A DNA stretch of 64,000 nucleotides, from positions 122,188 through 186,187 of the forward strand of contig CANLUC010000004.1 in NCBI GenBank assembly GCA_947494195.1. The letters are read 5' to 3'. Within the stretch, counting starts at the first letter, position 1; every line of letters begins with the position of its first letter. Shown in pieces: positions 28,141 to 39,800 of the stretch. Source of the stretch: an uncultured Nesterenkonia sp. (lineage in GTDB: Bacteria; Actinomycetota; Actinomycetes; Actinomycetales; Micrococcaceae). A program made the translations under genes and the position numbers. The notes below the pieces were generated by a model, which ran no database searches, had not been told where the DNA came from, and saw nothing but the letters and a program-made list of their open reading frames with translations.

Positions 28141-28905
28141 ATGACACTGGCAGTCCGAGTCATCCCGTGCCTGGACGTCGACGCAGGTCGCGTGGTCAAG
28201 GGAGTCAACTTCGAGAATCTCCGCGACGCCGGGGATCCGGTGGAGCTCGCCCACCGGTACAACCGTGCCGGTGCCGATGAGCTGACCTTTCTCGACGTCA
28301 CCGCCTCCTCGGCCGACCGTGAGACGACCTACGACGTCGTCACTCGCACCGCCGAAGAGGTGTTCATCCCGCTGACCGTGGGCGGCGGAGTCCGCTCACC
28401 GGCCGATGTGGACCGGCTGCTGCGAACCGGAGCCGACAAGGTCTCCATCAACACCGCTGCGGTGTCCCGCCCCGAGGTGATCAATGAGATCGTCGCTCGA
28501 TTCGGCAATCAGGTGCTCGTGCTGTCTCTGGACGCACGGCGCAGCTCGGCTACCGAGTCGGGCTACGAGGTCACCACTCACGGAGGACGGCAGGGGACCG
28601 GCATCGATGCGCTGAGCTGGTGCCGCGAGGCCTCGGAGCGCGGCGTGGGCGAGATCCTGCTGAACTCGATCGATGCGGACGGCACCCGCGATGGCTTCGA
28701 CACCGAGATGATCGCCGCCGTGCGGGCCGTGAGCTCCGTCCCGCTGATCGCCTCGGGCGGCGCCGGCACTCCGGCGCACTTCCCGCCCGCGATCGCCGCG
28801 GGAGCCGATGCGGTCCTCGCGGCCTCCATGTTCCACTTCGGCCCGGATGACATGATCGCCCAGGTCAAGAACGCCATACGATCTGCCGGTTATCCGGTGA
28901 GATGA
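28141..28905 (+). CDS. hisF: Imidazole glycerol phosphate synthase cyclase subunit
   Basis: [34 protein letters not shown]. Confidence 0.96.
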   Translation: MTLAVRVIPCLDVDAGRVVKGVNFENLRDAGDPVELAHRYNRAGADELTFLDVTASSADRETTYDVVTRTAEEVFIPLTVGGGVRSPADVDRLLRTGADKVSINTAAVSRPEVINEIVARFGNQVLVLSLDARRSSATESGYEVTTHGGRQGTGIDALSWCREASERGVGEILLNSIDADGTRDGFDTEMIAAVRAVSSVPLIASGGAGTPAHFPPAIAAGADAVLAASMFHFGPDDMIAQVKNAIRSAGYPVR

Positions 28906-29357
28906 GGACTTTGATGAGCACCGCCGACGCCGCAGCAGATGGATCCGCCACACCTGGACCCGCAGCACCCGAGGGTGCCGAGTCTTCAGCAGAACCGCAG
29001 CCCGCCAAGCCTGTGGAGAGTCTTTCTGAATCGGTCCTGGACGCGGTGCGATTCAACGCCGATGGCCTGATCCCGGTCATCACCCAGGATGCCGACAGCC
29101 ACGAGGTCCTGATGCTGGCCTGGATGAACCCCGAGGCGCTCGGCATCACGCTGGCGACGCGGCAGGGCGTGTACTTCTCCCGCTCGCGCGGCGAGCTCTG
29201 GCGCAAGGGAGCCACTTCGGGCAACGTCCAGCACGTCGTCTCCCTCGCACTGGACTGCGATGGCGACACCGTGCTGATGAAGGTGGAGCAGACGGGCCCC
29301 GCCTGCCATACCGGCACCCCCACCTGCTTCACCGGGCGGGAGATCGCTCATGCATGA
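28902..29357 (+). CDS. hisI: Phosphoribosyl-AMP cyclohydrolase
   Basis: [54 protein letters not shown] overlap with hisF. Confidence 0.93.
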   Translation: MRTLMSTADAAADGSATPGPAAPEGAESSAEPQPAKPVESLSESVLDAVRFNADGLIPVITQDADSHEVLMLAWMNPEALGITLATRQGVYFSRSRGELWRKGATSGNVQHVVSLALDCDGDTVLMKVEQTGPACHTGTPTCFTGREIAHA

Positions 29358-30981
29358 TCTCGGCAGCGTGGTGCCCGCTCGGGAGCAGTTCCTCGATCTT
29401 GCCCAGGATCACCGCGTCATCCCGGTGACGATGACCCTGCTTGCGGACGCACACACCCCCTTGAGCATCTATCGGGCGCTGGCCACTGACGACACAGGCT
29501 CCGCACGCCCGGGAACCTTCCTGATGGAGTCCGCGGCGCCGGGCGCCGCATGGTCCCGCCATTCCTTCATCGGCGTGCGCTCCTCGGCCACGCTCAGCGA
29601 GAAGGACGGTGCGGCCCACTGGATGGGAGAGCCGCCCCGGGGAACACCGCTGCAGGGCAGCACTGCGGAGGTGCTGCGCGATACGCTCACCTTCCTCGCC
29701 GGGGGTGCCCGTGACACTGCGGGGGACGCCCCGGGTGACACCGCGGGGGAGGCGGAGCGCGCGGCTCCCGGCAGGCCCTTCATCGAGGAGCTTCCGCACC
29801 TGACCTCCGGGCTGGTCGGCTATGCCGGATGGGACGTCATCCGCCACTGGGAGAAGCTGCCGAACCCGCCCCGAGATGATCTGCATGTGCCCGAGATGGC
29901 CATGAACCTGGTCTCGGACCTCGCGGTGCACGACAACCGTGACGGCACCGTCACGCTGGTCGCCAACGCGATCAACTTCGACGGCCTCGACACCGGAGTC
30001 GAGGCCGCCTACTCCGACGCCGTGGCCCGGCTGCATGCCATGGCGGCCAAGCTCGCCGAGCCCGTGGCGCCGGTGATCTCCACCGCGGAGCGGAATTGGG
30101 GTGCCGCCGTCGAGCGGGACCTCGAGGAACGCGTCGTCCATGCCTGGGACGAGAACGAGTACCTCGCGACGCTGACCAAGGCCAAACAGGCGATCGTGGA
30201 CGGTGAGGTGTTCCAGATCGTGGTCTCACGGCGATTCGAGGTCGAGACCGAGGTGGATGCACTCGCGGTCTATCGGATGCTGCGCCTGCTCAACCCGAGC
30301 CCCTATATGTACCTCATGCATTTCGAGACCCCCGACGGAGAGCCCTACCAGCTGGTCGGCGCCTCCCCTGAAGCGCTGGTGACCGTGGAGGACACCACGG
30401 TGGTCACTCATCCGATCGCCGGCACCCGGCCGCGCGGAGAGACACCGCGCCAGGACGCCGAGCTCGCCGAGGACCTGCTGGCGGACCAGAAGGAGCGCGC
30501 CGAGCACATCATGCTCGTGGACCTGGCGCGCAACGACCTGGCGAAGGTCTGCGTGCCCGGCTCGGTGCAGGTCACGCAGTTCATGGCAGTCGAGCGCTTC
30601 AGCCACGTGATGCACCTGACCAGCCACGTGCAGGGAGAGCTCGCCAGTGAATACACCGCCTATGACGTGCTTTCGGCGACCTTCCCTGCCGGGACCCTCT
30701 CCGGAGCGCCCAAGCCGCGGGCGCTTCAGCTGCTGGACGCGTGGGAGCCGACACGGCGCGGCATCTACGGGGGAGTGGTGGGCTACTTCGACCTCTCCGG
30801 CCGCATGGATGCCGCCATCGCCATCCGCTCTGCGCTGCTGAAGAACGGCCGCGCCTATGTGCAGGCGGGCGGCGGGATCGTGGCGGACTCCGAGAACGAC
30901 GCCGAACGCCTGGAGACTGTGAACAAGGCGGCGGCTCCGCTGCGCGCCGTGCTGGCCGCCGACCGACTGGAGCACACATGA
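29350..30981 (+). CDS. trpE: Anthranilate synthase component I
   Basis: Chorismate-binding C-terminus: [35 protein letters not shown]. 8-nt overlap with hisI. Confidence 0.95.
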   Translation: MHDLGSVVPAREQFLDLAQDHRVIPVTMTLLADAHTPLSIYRALATDDTGSARPGTFLMESAAPGAAWSRHSFIGVRSSATLSEKDGAAHWMGEPPRGTPLQGSTAEVLRDTLTFLAGGARDTAGDAPGDTAGEAERAAPGRPFIEELPHLTSGLVGYAGWDVIRHWEKLPNPPRDDLHVPEMAMNLVSDLAVHDNRDGTVTLVANAINFDGLDTGVEAAYSDAVARLHAMAAKLAEPVAPVISTAERNWGAAVERDLEERVVHAWDENEYLATLTKAKQAIVDGEVFQIVVSRRFEVETEVDALAVYRMLRLLNPSPYMYLMHFETPDGEPYQLVGASPEALVTVEDTTVVTHPIAGTRPRGETPRQDAELAEDLLADQKERAEHIMLVDLARNDLAKVCVPGSVQVTQFMAVERFSHVMHLTSHVQGELASEYTAYDVLSATFPAGTLSGAPKPRALQLLDAWEPTRRGIYGGVVGYFDLSGRMDAAIAIRSALLKNGRAYVQAGGGIVADSENDAERLETVNKAAAPLRAVLAADRLEHT

Positions 30982-31715
30982 GTGAGACCACGACGCCAGA
31001 CCCGCAGGGCGCCCGGCCCGGCGGCCCCGACACCTGGTCCGCCCGTCTGCGCCGCGCACTGACCCGGCGCACCGTGGTCTGGATGACCCTCATCGGCGGG
31101 GCGATGCTGCTGATCTCCTCGACCATGACCTGGGTGACTGCCTCCGGGCTGGGGGCCACCTCCGCAGTCCAAGAGGTGGAGATCTCGGGGGCGGACCTGG
31201 TGGACACCGTCACCGCCATGGGGCTGGTCGGCCTCGCCGCCGGACTGGCGGTCTCGATCGCCAAGCTGCTCGGGAGGGTGCTGATCGGTTCGGTGCTCTT
31301 CGGTGCCGCGATCATCGCTCTGCTCTCGGTCCGTGCCGTGCTCGCCGACACCAGTTCCACTGCCGCCAGTGCGCTGGGGGAGATCACCGGCACCACCGCA
31401 GAGGCGCAGCGCTACGAGCTCTCCGGCGCCGTGTGGCTGGGCTTCGCCGGCGCGCTGCTGCTGCTCGTCGCTTCGCTCGCGCTGCTCCTGCTCTCCCACC
31501 GGTGGCCGGATCGCCAGTCGCGCAAGTACCAGGTCTCTGGAGGCGAGTCCGGCAGCGAGCAGCGAGTCCATGGGGGCTCCGCCGCCGAACACGGGACGGG
31601 CACGGCTGCCGGCCCAACCTCGCAGGCACGCAGCGGTCGGGACGCCGACCCGGACGAGTTCGACCTCTGGGACGGGCTCTCCGACGGTGAGGACCCCACC
31701 GACTCCCGGCGCTGA
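30978..31715 (+). CDS. Trp-operon-associated membrane protein (actinobacterial, Rv1610-like)
   Basis: ATGA overlap with trpE. Four or five hydrophobic segments and a charged C-tail. Conserved position between trpE and trpC. The track ORF start 30741 lies inside trpE. Confidence 0.7.
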   Translation: MSETTTPDPQGARPGGPDTWSARLRRALTRRTVVWMTLIGGAMLLISSTMTWVTASGLGATSAVQEVEISGADLVDTVTAMGLVGLAAGLAVSIAKLLGRVLIGSVLFGAAIIALLSVRAVLADTSSTAASALGEITGTTAEAQRYELSGAVWLGFAGALLLLVASLALLLLSHRWPDRQSRKYQVSGGESGSEQRVHGGSAAEHGTGTAAGPTSQARSGRDADPDEFDLWDGLSDGEDPTDSRR

Positions 31716-31853
31716 GCAGCCGCCCGCTTCACCAGCCGCCCGTCACCGGCCGCCCGTCACCCGACGTCGTCACCGACCGCAGCGGCGGGCCATACGTGGC
31801 AGAATGGCCAGCAGACTGAATGAGCACTGACGCACGTTCCAGAGAGGACCAGG

Positions 31854-32234
31854 ATGAGCACCACCTCAGCTTTGCGCGACACCGAGCCGGCACCCGGCGA
31901 GAAGGTGGATGACGAGTACATCCATCACGACCACATCGGTCATGGTTCCACTCCCGCCGCCTGGTCGCTGAGCATCTGCATCATGGTGGGCTCGATCATC
32001 GCCGGCATCGGCATGGTCACCCAGGTCTGGGTGCTGGTCTGGATCTCGATCCTCTTCCTCCCGCTGGCGATCGTCCTGGGCCTGGTGCTCAAGGCCAAGG
32101 GCTATGGCGTGGAGATGGACGCCAAGAAGGTCATCAGCGAGCACGAGAGCGCCCTCGATCACCAGGGCCCGGCCAACGCCGACAACTCCCGAGGCAACAA
32201 GGACAAGCGGCGGCCTGAGACCGCCGCACACTGA
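31854..32234 (+). CDS. HGxxPAAW-family small membrane protein
   Basis: Signature HGSTPAAW followed by two TM helices. Stop is immediately followed by the trpC ATG. Confidence 0.7.
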   Translation: MSTTSALRDTEPAPGEKVDDEYIHHDHIGHGSTPAAWSLSICIMVGSIIAGIGMVTQVWVLVWISILFLPLAIVLGLVLKAKGYGVEMDAKKVISEHESALDHQGPANADNSRGNKDKRRPETAAH

Positions 32235-33047
32235 ATGGTGAGCGTTCTCGATTCAATCATCGCCGGAGTCCGCGAGGACCTCGAGGAGCGCCGGAGTGCA
32301 GTTCCGCTCGAGGAGATCGTGGCCCGCTCCGCCGCGGCAACGCCCGCGCTCGACGCTCACGCCGCGCTGATCGAGGGGCGCAGCGATCGGGAGGGCGTCC
32401 GCATCATCTCCGAGGTGAAGCGTTCCTCGCCCTCGAAGGGTGAGCTCGCCGAGATCCCCGATCCGGCGAGTCTTGCGCGCGCCTACCAGTCCGGTGGGGC
32501 CGCAGTGATCAGCGTGCTCACCGAGGGACGACGCTTCAAGGGCAGCCTGGCGGACCTCGATGCCGTCCGGGCCGCCGTGGACATCCCGGTGCTGCGCAAG
32601 GACTTCATGGTAGATGAGTACCAGTTCTATGAAGCTCGCGCGCATGGGGCGGACCTGGTGCTGCTCATCGTCGCCGCGCTCGACGACGAGACCCTCGCCC
32701 GCTTCCTCGCACTGACCCACGAGCTGGGCATGGAGGCGCTCGTCGAGGCGCATACTGAAGAGGAGATCTCCCGGGCTGTGGCTGCCGGGGCCAAGATCGT
32801 CGGCGTCAACGTGCGCAATCTGAAGACCCTGGAGGTCGACGTCGCCCATTACGCCACGATGGCGCGTCACCTTCCCGACGATGTGGTGCGGATCGCCGAG
32901 TCCGGCGTCACCGGCCCGGCCGTCGTCGCGGACTACGCGCTGCAAGGCGCCGACGCCGTGCTGGTCGGGGAAGCGCTGGTCAGGGACGGCGAGCCCGCCG
33001 AGGCCCTGCGTCGCTTCCGCACCGCGAGTCTTGTCCATGAACACTGA
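32235..33047 (+). CDS. trpC: Indole-3-glycerol phosphate synthase
   Basis: [36 protein letters not shown]. Confidence 0.95.
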   Translation: MVSVLDSIIAGVREDLEERRSAVPLEEIVARSAAATPALDAHAALIEGRSDREGVRIISEVKRSSPSKGELAEIPDPASLARAYQSGGAAVISVLTEGRRFKGSLADLDAVRAAVDIPVLRKDFMVDEYQFYEARAHGADLVLLIVAALDDETLARFLALTHELGMEALVEAHTEEEISRAVAAGAKIVGVNVRNLKTLEVDVAHYATMARHLPDDVVRIAESGVTGPAVVADYALQGADAVLVGEALVRDGEPAEALRRFRTASLVHEH

Positions 33048-33056
33048 GGAGAGACC

Positions 33057-34373
33057 ATGAGCGCTCCCGCTGAGGAGACCCAGAAATACCGCGACCACGA
33101 GGGGCCCTATTTCGGGAGCTTCGGTGGCCGCTGGATGCCGGAATCACTGGTCGCGGCCCTCGACGAGGTGGAACGCACCTTCCGTGAGGCGAAGGCAGAT
33201 CCCGCCTTCATCGCCGAGTTCCAGCGCCTCTCCCGGGACTACACCGGACGGCCCTCGCTGCTCACGGAGGTCACCCGCTTCGCCGCCGAGGCCGGGCCCG
33301 CCCGGATGTTCCTCAAGCGGGAGGACCTCAATCACACCGGGTCGCACAAGATCAACAACGTGCTGGGACAGGCGCTCCTGGCGCAGCGCATGGGCAAGAC
33401 CCGGCTGATCGCCGAGACCGGTGCCGGCCAGCACGGAGTCGCCACCGCCACGGCCGCCGCTCTCATGGGCATGGAGTGCGTGGTCTACATGGGCTCGGCA
33501 GACACCAAGCGGCAGGCGCTCAACGTCGCGCGGATGCGACTGCTCGGGGCAGAGGTGGTCCCCGTGGACCACGGCGCACAGACGCTCAAGGACGCCATCA
33601 ACGAGGCGCTGCGGGACTGGGTCGCCTCGGTGGAGAACACCCACTACCTGCTCGGCACCGTCGCCGGACCGCACCCGTTCCCCGAGATGGTCCGCTGGTT
33701 CCACCAGATCATCGGAGAGGAGGCGCGCGAGCAGATCCTCTCCATGGAGGGCCGACTTCCCGATGCGGTGGCGGCCTGCGTGGGCGGCGGATCCAACGCG
33801 ATGGGCCTCTTCCACGGGTTCCTCGACGACCCCGAGGTGGCGCTCTACGGCTTCGAAGCCGGAGGAGACGGTGTCGAGACTGGTCGGCATGCGTCGGCCA
33901 TCACACTTGGCCGCTCGGGTGTGCTGCACGGCGCCCGGTCCTACCTGATGCAGGACGAGGACGGCCAGACCGTGGACTCGCACTCGATCTCCGCGGGACT
34001 CGACTATCCCTCGGTGGGCCCGGAGCACGCCTACCTCGCCGAGACCGGCCGCGCCACCTACGAACCGGTGACCGACGCGGAATGTATGGCCTCCTTCGAG
34101 ATGCTGTGCCGCACCGAGGGCATCATTCCTGCGATCGAGTCTGCCCATGCGCTGGCGGGCGCCGCACGGCTCTCCCGCAGCTGGGGCGAGGCCGGTGAGG
34201 GCAAGATCATCATCATCAACCTCTCCGGACGCGGGGACAAGGACGTCGAGACCGCAGCTGAATGGTTCAGGCTGCTGCCCGGTCAGAAGAACGACCCGGT
34301 GGCCGAGACCGACACCGCGGAGAACGGCGCAGACGGGCCGTCTCCGGCACCCGAGACGGGAGTACAGGCATGA
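33057..34373 (+). CDS. trpB: Tryptophan synthase beta chain
   Basis: [16 protein letters not shown] (PLP lysine), [20 protein letters not shown]. Confidence 0.97.
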   Translation: MSAPAEETQKYRDHEGPYFGSFGGRWMPESLVAALDEVERTFREAKADPAFIAEFQRLSRDYTGRPSLLTEVTRFAAEAGPARMFLKREDLNHTGSHKINNVLGQALLAQRMGKTRLIAETGAGQHGVATATAAALMGMECVVYMGSADTKRQALNVARMRLLGAEVVPVDHGAQTLKDAINEALRDWVASVENTHYLLGTVAGPHPFPEMVRWFHQIIGEEAREQILSMEGRLPDAVAACVGGGSNAMGLFHGFLDDPEVALYGFEAGGDGVETGRHASAITLGRSGVLHGARSYLMQDEDGQTVDSHSISAGLDYPSVGPEHAYLAETGRATYEPVTDAECMASFEMLCRTEGIIPAIESAHALAGAARLSRSWGEAGEGKIIIINLSGRGDKDVETAAEWFRLLPGQKNDPVAETDTAENGADGPSPAPETGVQA

Positions 34374-35197
34374 GCACCACGACAGCAGCCGACAAGCACC
34401 CCGCCACCTCCGCGTCGAAGACCGCGCGCGCCATCGAGGCGGCCCGCTCCCAGGGACGCGCTGCCTTCGTCGGCTACCTGCCCGCCGGGTACCCGGACAA
34501 GGCGACCTCCATCGCGGCGGCCATCGAGCTGGCCCGCAATGGCGCCGATGTCATTGAGATCGGTGTTCCCTATTCGGATCCCGTCATGGACGGCCCCGTG
34601 ATCCAGCAGGCGACCACCGAGGTGCTCGCTCGCGGGTTCCGCCTCCCGGAGGTCTTCGAGATCGTGGAGGCAGTGGTCGAGGCCACCGACGCCGCGGTGC
34701 TGGTGATGACCTATTACAACCTGATCGACCGCATGGGTGCCGAGGAGTTCGCCAGCAGGCTGGCGGCTGCCGGGGGAGCGGGCGCCATCACCCCGGATCT
34801 CATCCCCGATGAGGCAGGCGAGTGGATCGCTGCCACGGATCGTCACGGACTGGATCGGGTCTTCCTGACCGCCCCGTCCTCCTCGCCGGAACGCGTGGAG
34901 AAGATCGTCGCCGCCTCCCGCGGCTTCGTCTACGGGGTCTCGGTGATGGGCGTGACCGGAGCACGGGATCAGGTGTCCGACGCCGCAGAGCGTGTGGTCG
35001 CAGCCGCCAAGAGCGCAGGGGCCGAACGGGTCTGCGTGGGTCTGGGCGTCTCCACCCGTTCCCATGTCGAAGAGATCGGCCGCTACGCCGACGGCGTCAT
35101 CGTCGGAACCGCACTCGTCACAGCACTGCGCGACGGCGGACCCTCAGCAGTCGCGGCACTGACCGCCGAGCTCACCGGAGCCGGCGCCTCCCGATGA
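34370..35197 (+). CDS. trpA: Tryptophan synthase alpha chain
   Basis: The ATG overlaps the trpB stop (ATGA). [33 protein letters not shown]. Confidence 0.93.
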   Translation: MSTTTAADKHPATSASKTARAIEAARSQGRAAFVGYLPAGYPDKATSIAAAIELARNGADVIEIGVPYSDPVMDGPVIQQATTEVLARGFRLPEVFEIVEAVVEATDAAVLVMTYYNLIDRMGAEEFASRLAAAGGAGAITPDLIPDEAGEWIAATDRHGLDRVFLTAPSSSPERVEKIVAASRGFVYGVSVMGVTGARDQVSDAAERVVAAAKSAGAERVCVGLGVSTRSHVEEIGRYADGVIVGTALVTALRDGGPSAVAALTAELTGAGASR

Positions 35198-35262
35198 CAT
35201 AGACTGCACCGGATCACGAATCAGCCAGCTCGGCCTCCCGGCGATGCCCTGGCGAATCATCA

Positions 35263-36483
35263 TTGCGAGAGGACACCGTGTCTCACACCTCCAGTCCGGT
35301 CAGCGCGCTGCAGACCGTCGTGGAATCCACCGCGTCAGCGGGGGCCCAGATCACTGCCGCCTTTCCCGCCCCGCCGACCGACGGGATCGACCTCGTCGGC
35401 CCGTTCCAGATCGGCTTCTACGGTCTGGCCATCGGCCTGGGGATCCTCGCCGCGTACTTCGTCGCCAGTCGACTGTGGAAGTCCCGCGGAGGACAGCCGG
35501 AGAACGTCTTCGATGCACTGATCTGGGCCGTTCTGCTGGGCATCATCGGCGGCAGGCTCTATCACGTGTTCACCTCTCCGGATGCCTACTTCGGGGAGGG
35601 CGGCGACCTCTCGCTGATTCCGCAGGTCTGGCTCGGCGGCCTCGGCATCGTCGGTGCCGTGGCCCTGGGCAGCGTGGGCGTCTGGTTCGCCTGCCGCCGC
35701 TACGGCATGAAGTTCGGCGCCTTCGCCGATGCGCTGGTCCCCGGCGTGATCCTCGCGCAGGCCATCGGTCGCTGGGGAAACTGGTTCAACCAGGAGCTCT
35801 ACGGCGGCCCCACGAACCTTCCCTGGGGCCTGGAGATCGACACCTCCCAGCGCCACCAGGCGCCACCGCTGGGTGCCGGCGAGGACACGCTCTTTCACCC
35901 GACCTTCCTCTACGAGAGCATCTGGAACCTGGTGGGCTTCTTCCTGCTCATCGCGCTCTATCGCCGCTTCGCCGTCAAGCAGGGCCTCCTCACCTGGACC
36001 TACGTGGCGTACTACGCTCTGGGACGTTTCTGGGTCGAGTCCCTGCGCGTGGATGAGATGACGAAGTCCACTCAGTGGATCGACATCTTCGGAATCGAAT
36101 GGCGACTCAACATGTGGATGTCGGTGCTGCTCTTCGTCCTCGCGCTGGGCATGCTCATCTGGCTCTGGACCCGCCGACCGCGCACCGAGGTCGCACTGGC
36201 TGAGGAGCTGGAGATCTACCGCCCCGGCCAGGGCCCCCGCGGGGCAGAGGACCACGGCCTCCTGCTCGGCAATGAGGACGACGGCGTCGCGCCCACCACG
36301 GACGAGGAGAGCACGGTGTCCACCACGGAGGAGGACAGCGCACTGTCCACCACTCACGAGGAGACTGCCGCGTCAGCAGAGGTGCGCGAGACGGATTCGG
36401 AGGAGACCGATCCGTCCCTGCACGAGTCCGATCGCCCGGCCGAATCCTCCGGCCCCGCGGAGCAAGACCGTCCCAAATCCTGA
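35263..36483 (+). CDS. lgt: Prolipoprotein diacylglyceryl transferase with an acidic ~110-aa C-terminal tail
   Basis: GRLYHVF, GRWGNWFNQELYG, HPTFLYES. The start is uncertain (TTG 35263 or GTG 35278). Confidence 0.9.
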   Translation: MREDTVSHTSSPVSALQTVVESTASAGAQITAAFPAPPTDGIDLVGPFQIGFYGLAIGLGILAAYFVASRLWKSRGGQPENVFDALIWAVLLGIIGGRLYHVFTSPDAYFGEGGDLSLIPQVWLGGLGIVGAVALGSVGVWFACRRYGMKFGAFADALVPGVILAQAIGRWGNWFNQELYGGPTNLPWGLEIDTSQRHQAPPLGAGEDTLFHPTFLYESIWNLVGFFLLIALYRRFAVKQGLLTWTYVAYYALGRFWVESLRVDEMTKSTQWIDIFGIEWRLNMWMSVLLFVLALGMLIWLWTRRPRTEVALAEELEIYRPGQGPRGAEDHGLLLGNEDDGVAPTTDEESTVSTTEEDSALSTTHEETAASAEVRETDSEETDPSLHESDRPAESSGPAEQDRPKS

Positions 36484-36803
36484 GATCGAACTTGCAACGG
36501 CTGGGGGCTGGCAGGAAGATTGAGTCATCCCCTGCCCACCAGCGGGATGATCAAGAAGACGGTGCGCCGACCAATCCGCACCGCTTGAGCACCAGGCGCC
36601 GGGGTACACCCGAGCAGCGCAGGGTCACAGCCTGACTGCGCAACGCAGGACAGAAGACCGACGGATCTGTTGGAGACTTTTTCCGGGTAGGACGCACAGT
36701 CCCGCTGAAACGGGGAGAATGGTCCAAGACTCCGTGCACCACGAAGGGGCCGAAGGCGTCCCCTCCCCATGAAACGTCCGCATGCGGAGGAAGGAAGACC
36801 GTC

Positions 36804-39800
36804 ATGTCTACTCTCGAATCATTCGAGGCAGCGCTCGGCGCAGACGCGCTGAAGGTCACGAGTCCCTATCAGCGCTTTGCCGCTTTCCCCGAGAAGGCCG
36901 GGCTCTACGATCCTGCCAATGAGCACGAGAACTGCGGCATGGCCGCCGTCGCCACCCTGCGTGGGACCCCCGGACACGACATCGTGGACCACGCGCTGGT
37001 GGCGCTGCGCAACCTCGAGCACCGCGGTGCGGTGGGCGGCGACGTCGGCACCGGGGACGGCGCGGGTCTGCTCACGCAGATCCCTGATGAATTCTTCCGT
37101 GCCGTCACCGAGTTCGATCTGCCCGCTGCGGGGGAGTACCTCGCGGGGACTGCTTTCCTGCCGCAGTCCGAGGCCGAGCGGGAGACGATGTGCGCGAGCT
37201 TCGAAGACCTCGCCATCGAGCAGGGACTGAAGGTGCTGGGATGGCGTGACGTCCCCGTGGACGCCTCCATGATCGGCACCCTCGCCAAGGAATCCATGCC
37301 GTTCTTCCGCCAGGTCTTCCTCGGCGCCGCTGATGAGGACTCCTTCGAGTTCCAGGACTCCGCCTCGGGGTCGCTCGACCAGCGCGGCTGGCGGCTGCGC
37401 AAGCGCGGCCAGAACCGGCTGGGGGTCTACTTCCCCTCACTGTCCTCGAAGACGATCACCTATAAGGGGATGCTGACCACCGCGCAGCTGGAGCCCTTCT
37501 TCCCCGATCTCTCCGACGAGCGCTTCAAGACCACGCTGGGCATCGTCCACTCCCGCTTCTCCACGAACACCTTCCCGTCCTGGCCGCTGGCCCAGCCGCT
37601 GCGCAACATCGCGCACAACGGCGAGATCAACACCGTCAAGGGCAACCGGAACTGGATGCGCGCGCGGCAGTCCATGATGGCCTCCGAGCTGCTGGGGGAG
37701 GACCCCGAGTCGCTCTTCCCGATCTGCACCCCCGGTGCCTCGGACTCGACCAGCTTCGATGAGGCTGCCGAGCTGCTGATGCTCTCCGGTCGGCCGCTCG
37801 CCCAGTCCATGCGGATGATGATCCCGGAGGCCTGGGAGAACCACGAGACCATGGACCCGGGTCTGCGGGCGTTCTACCAGTATCACGCTCAGCTCATGGA
37901 GGCATGGGACGGTCCGGCCGCCATCGCCTTCACCGACGGCCAGCAGGTCGGCGCCATGCTCGACCGCAACGGCCTGCGCCCCGCGCGCTACTGGGTCACC
38001 GATGACGGCCTGGTCGTCATGTCCTCCGAGGTCGGCGTCATCGACCTCGAGCCCTCCTCGATCGTGCGCAAGGGACGGGTCGCCCCGGGCATGATGCTGC
38101 TGCTCGACACGGTCGAAGGGCGCATCATCGAAGACGAGGAGATCAAGGCTGATCTGGCCTCCTCCGCACCGTGGGCCGACTGGGTCAAGGACAACCTGGT
38201 CGAACTCGCGGATCTTCCGGAACGGCTCCATGTGCGTCACCCCTCGGAATCCGTGCGGCTGCGCCAGCAGACCTTCGGCTACACCCACGAGGAGCTGCGC
38301 ATCCTGATCGGCCCGATGGCCACCGCTGGCGCCGAGCCGCTGGGCGCGATGGGCACCGACACCCCGATCGCGGTCCTCGCTGACCGTCCCCGGCTGCTCT
38401 TCGACTACTTCGTGCAGACCTTCGCCCAGGTGACCAACCCCCCGCTGGATGCGATCCGCGAGGAGCTTGTGACCTCGCTCGGCCTGCACATCGGCCCGAG
38501 CGGGAACCTGCTGAGCAACGAGCAGGTGAAGTCCAAGCAGGTCGCGCTCGACTTCCCGGTGATCAACAACGACGAACTGGCGAAGATCGCGAACATCCGC
38601 AACGACGAGGGTGCGAAGATCGCGCTCAAGGTGCGCGCCCTCTACCGGGCCGGCTCCCGCGAGGAGGAGCTGCGCCAGCGGATCCGTGAGATCTGTGAGA
38701 AGGTCTCCGCGGCGGTCAACCGCGGGGTCAGCTACATCGTGATCTCCGACCGCGACTCCAACGCGCAGTGGGCGCCCATCCCGTCGCTGCTGATGCTCTC
38801 CGCCATCCACCACCACTTGCTGAAGTCGGCCAACCGCACCCGAGTCTCGCTCGTGGTCGAGGCCGGAGACGTCCGCGAGGTCCATCACGTGGCCTGCCTC
38901 ATCGGCTACGGCGCCGCCGCGGTCAACCCCTACCTGGCCATGGAGACCGCCGAGGACATGGTGCGTCGCAGCGAGATCAGCGGCGTCTCCGAAGAGCAGG
39001 CGGTGCACAACCTGCTGACCGCTCTGGGCAAGGGCGTGCTCAAGATCATGTCCAAGATGGGCATCTCCACCGTGGCCTCCTACTGCGGTGCGCAGACCTT
39101 CGAGGCCGTGGGCCTCGCGCAGAACGTGGTCGACCAGTACTTCTCCGGAACGCATTCCCCCATGGGCGGCGTCGGCCTGGACGTGCTCTGCGACGAGACC
39201 CTGCAGCGCCACTCGCGCGCCTATCCGGCCGACGGCAATGACCTGGGTCGCGGCGATGAGCTGGAGATCGGCGGCGAATATCAGTGGCGCCGCGAGGGCC
39301 CGCCGCACCTGTTCAACCCGCAGACGGTGTTCAAGCTCCAGCACTCCACCAAGACCCGCCGCTATGACATCTTCAAGCAGTACACCAAGTCGGTGGACGA
39401 TCAGTCGGAGGCGCTGCTGACCCTGCGCGGGCTGTTCAAGCTCACTGCGCAGCGAGAACCGGTGCCCATCGAAGAGGTCGAATCTGTGGGCGAGATCGTC
39501 AAGCGGTTCAACACCGGGGCGATGAGCTACGGCTCCATCTCCCAGGAGGCCCACGAAACGCTGGCCATCGCGATGAACCGGCTCGGCGGACGCTCCAACA
39601 CCGGCGAGGGCGGCGAGCATCCGGCACGGCTCGAGGACCCCGAGCGCCGCTCGGCGGTCAAACAGATCGCCTCCGGCCGCTTCGGCGTGACCAGCCAGTA
39701 CCTCACCCACGCGGACGACCTGCAGATCAAGATGGCGCAGGGGGCCAAGCCCGGCGAGGGCGGCCAGCTCATGGGCAAGAAGGTCTACCCCTGGGTGGCC

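Noticed and set aside
36560-36760. A GlnR (gTnAc-n6-GaAAc) or AmtR operator upstream of gltB.
   Set aside because: Only isolated GAAAC and GTCAC pentamers are present, without the required spacing. I cannot support a site by eye.
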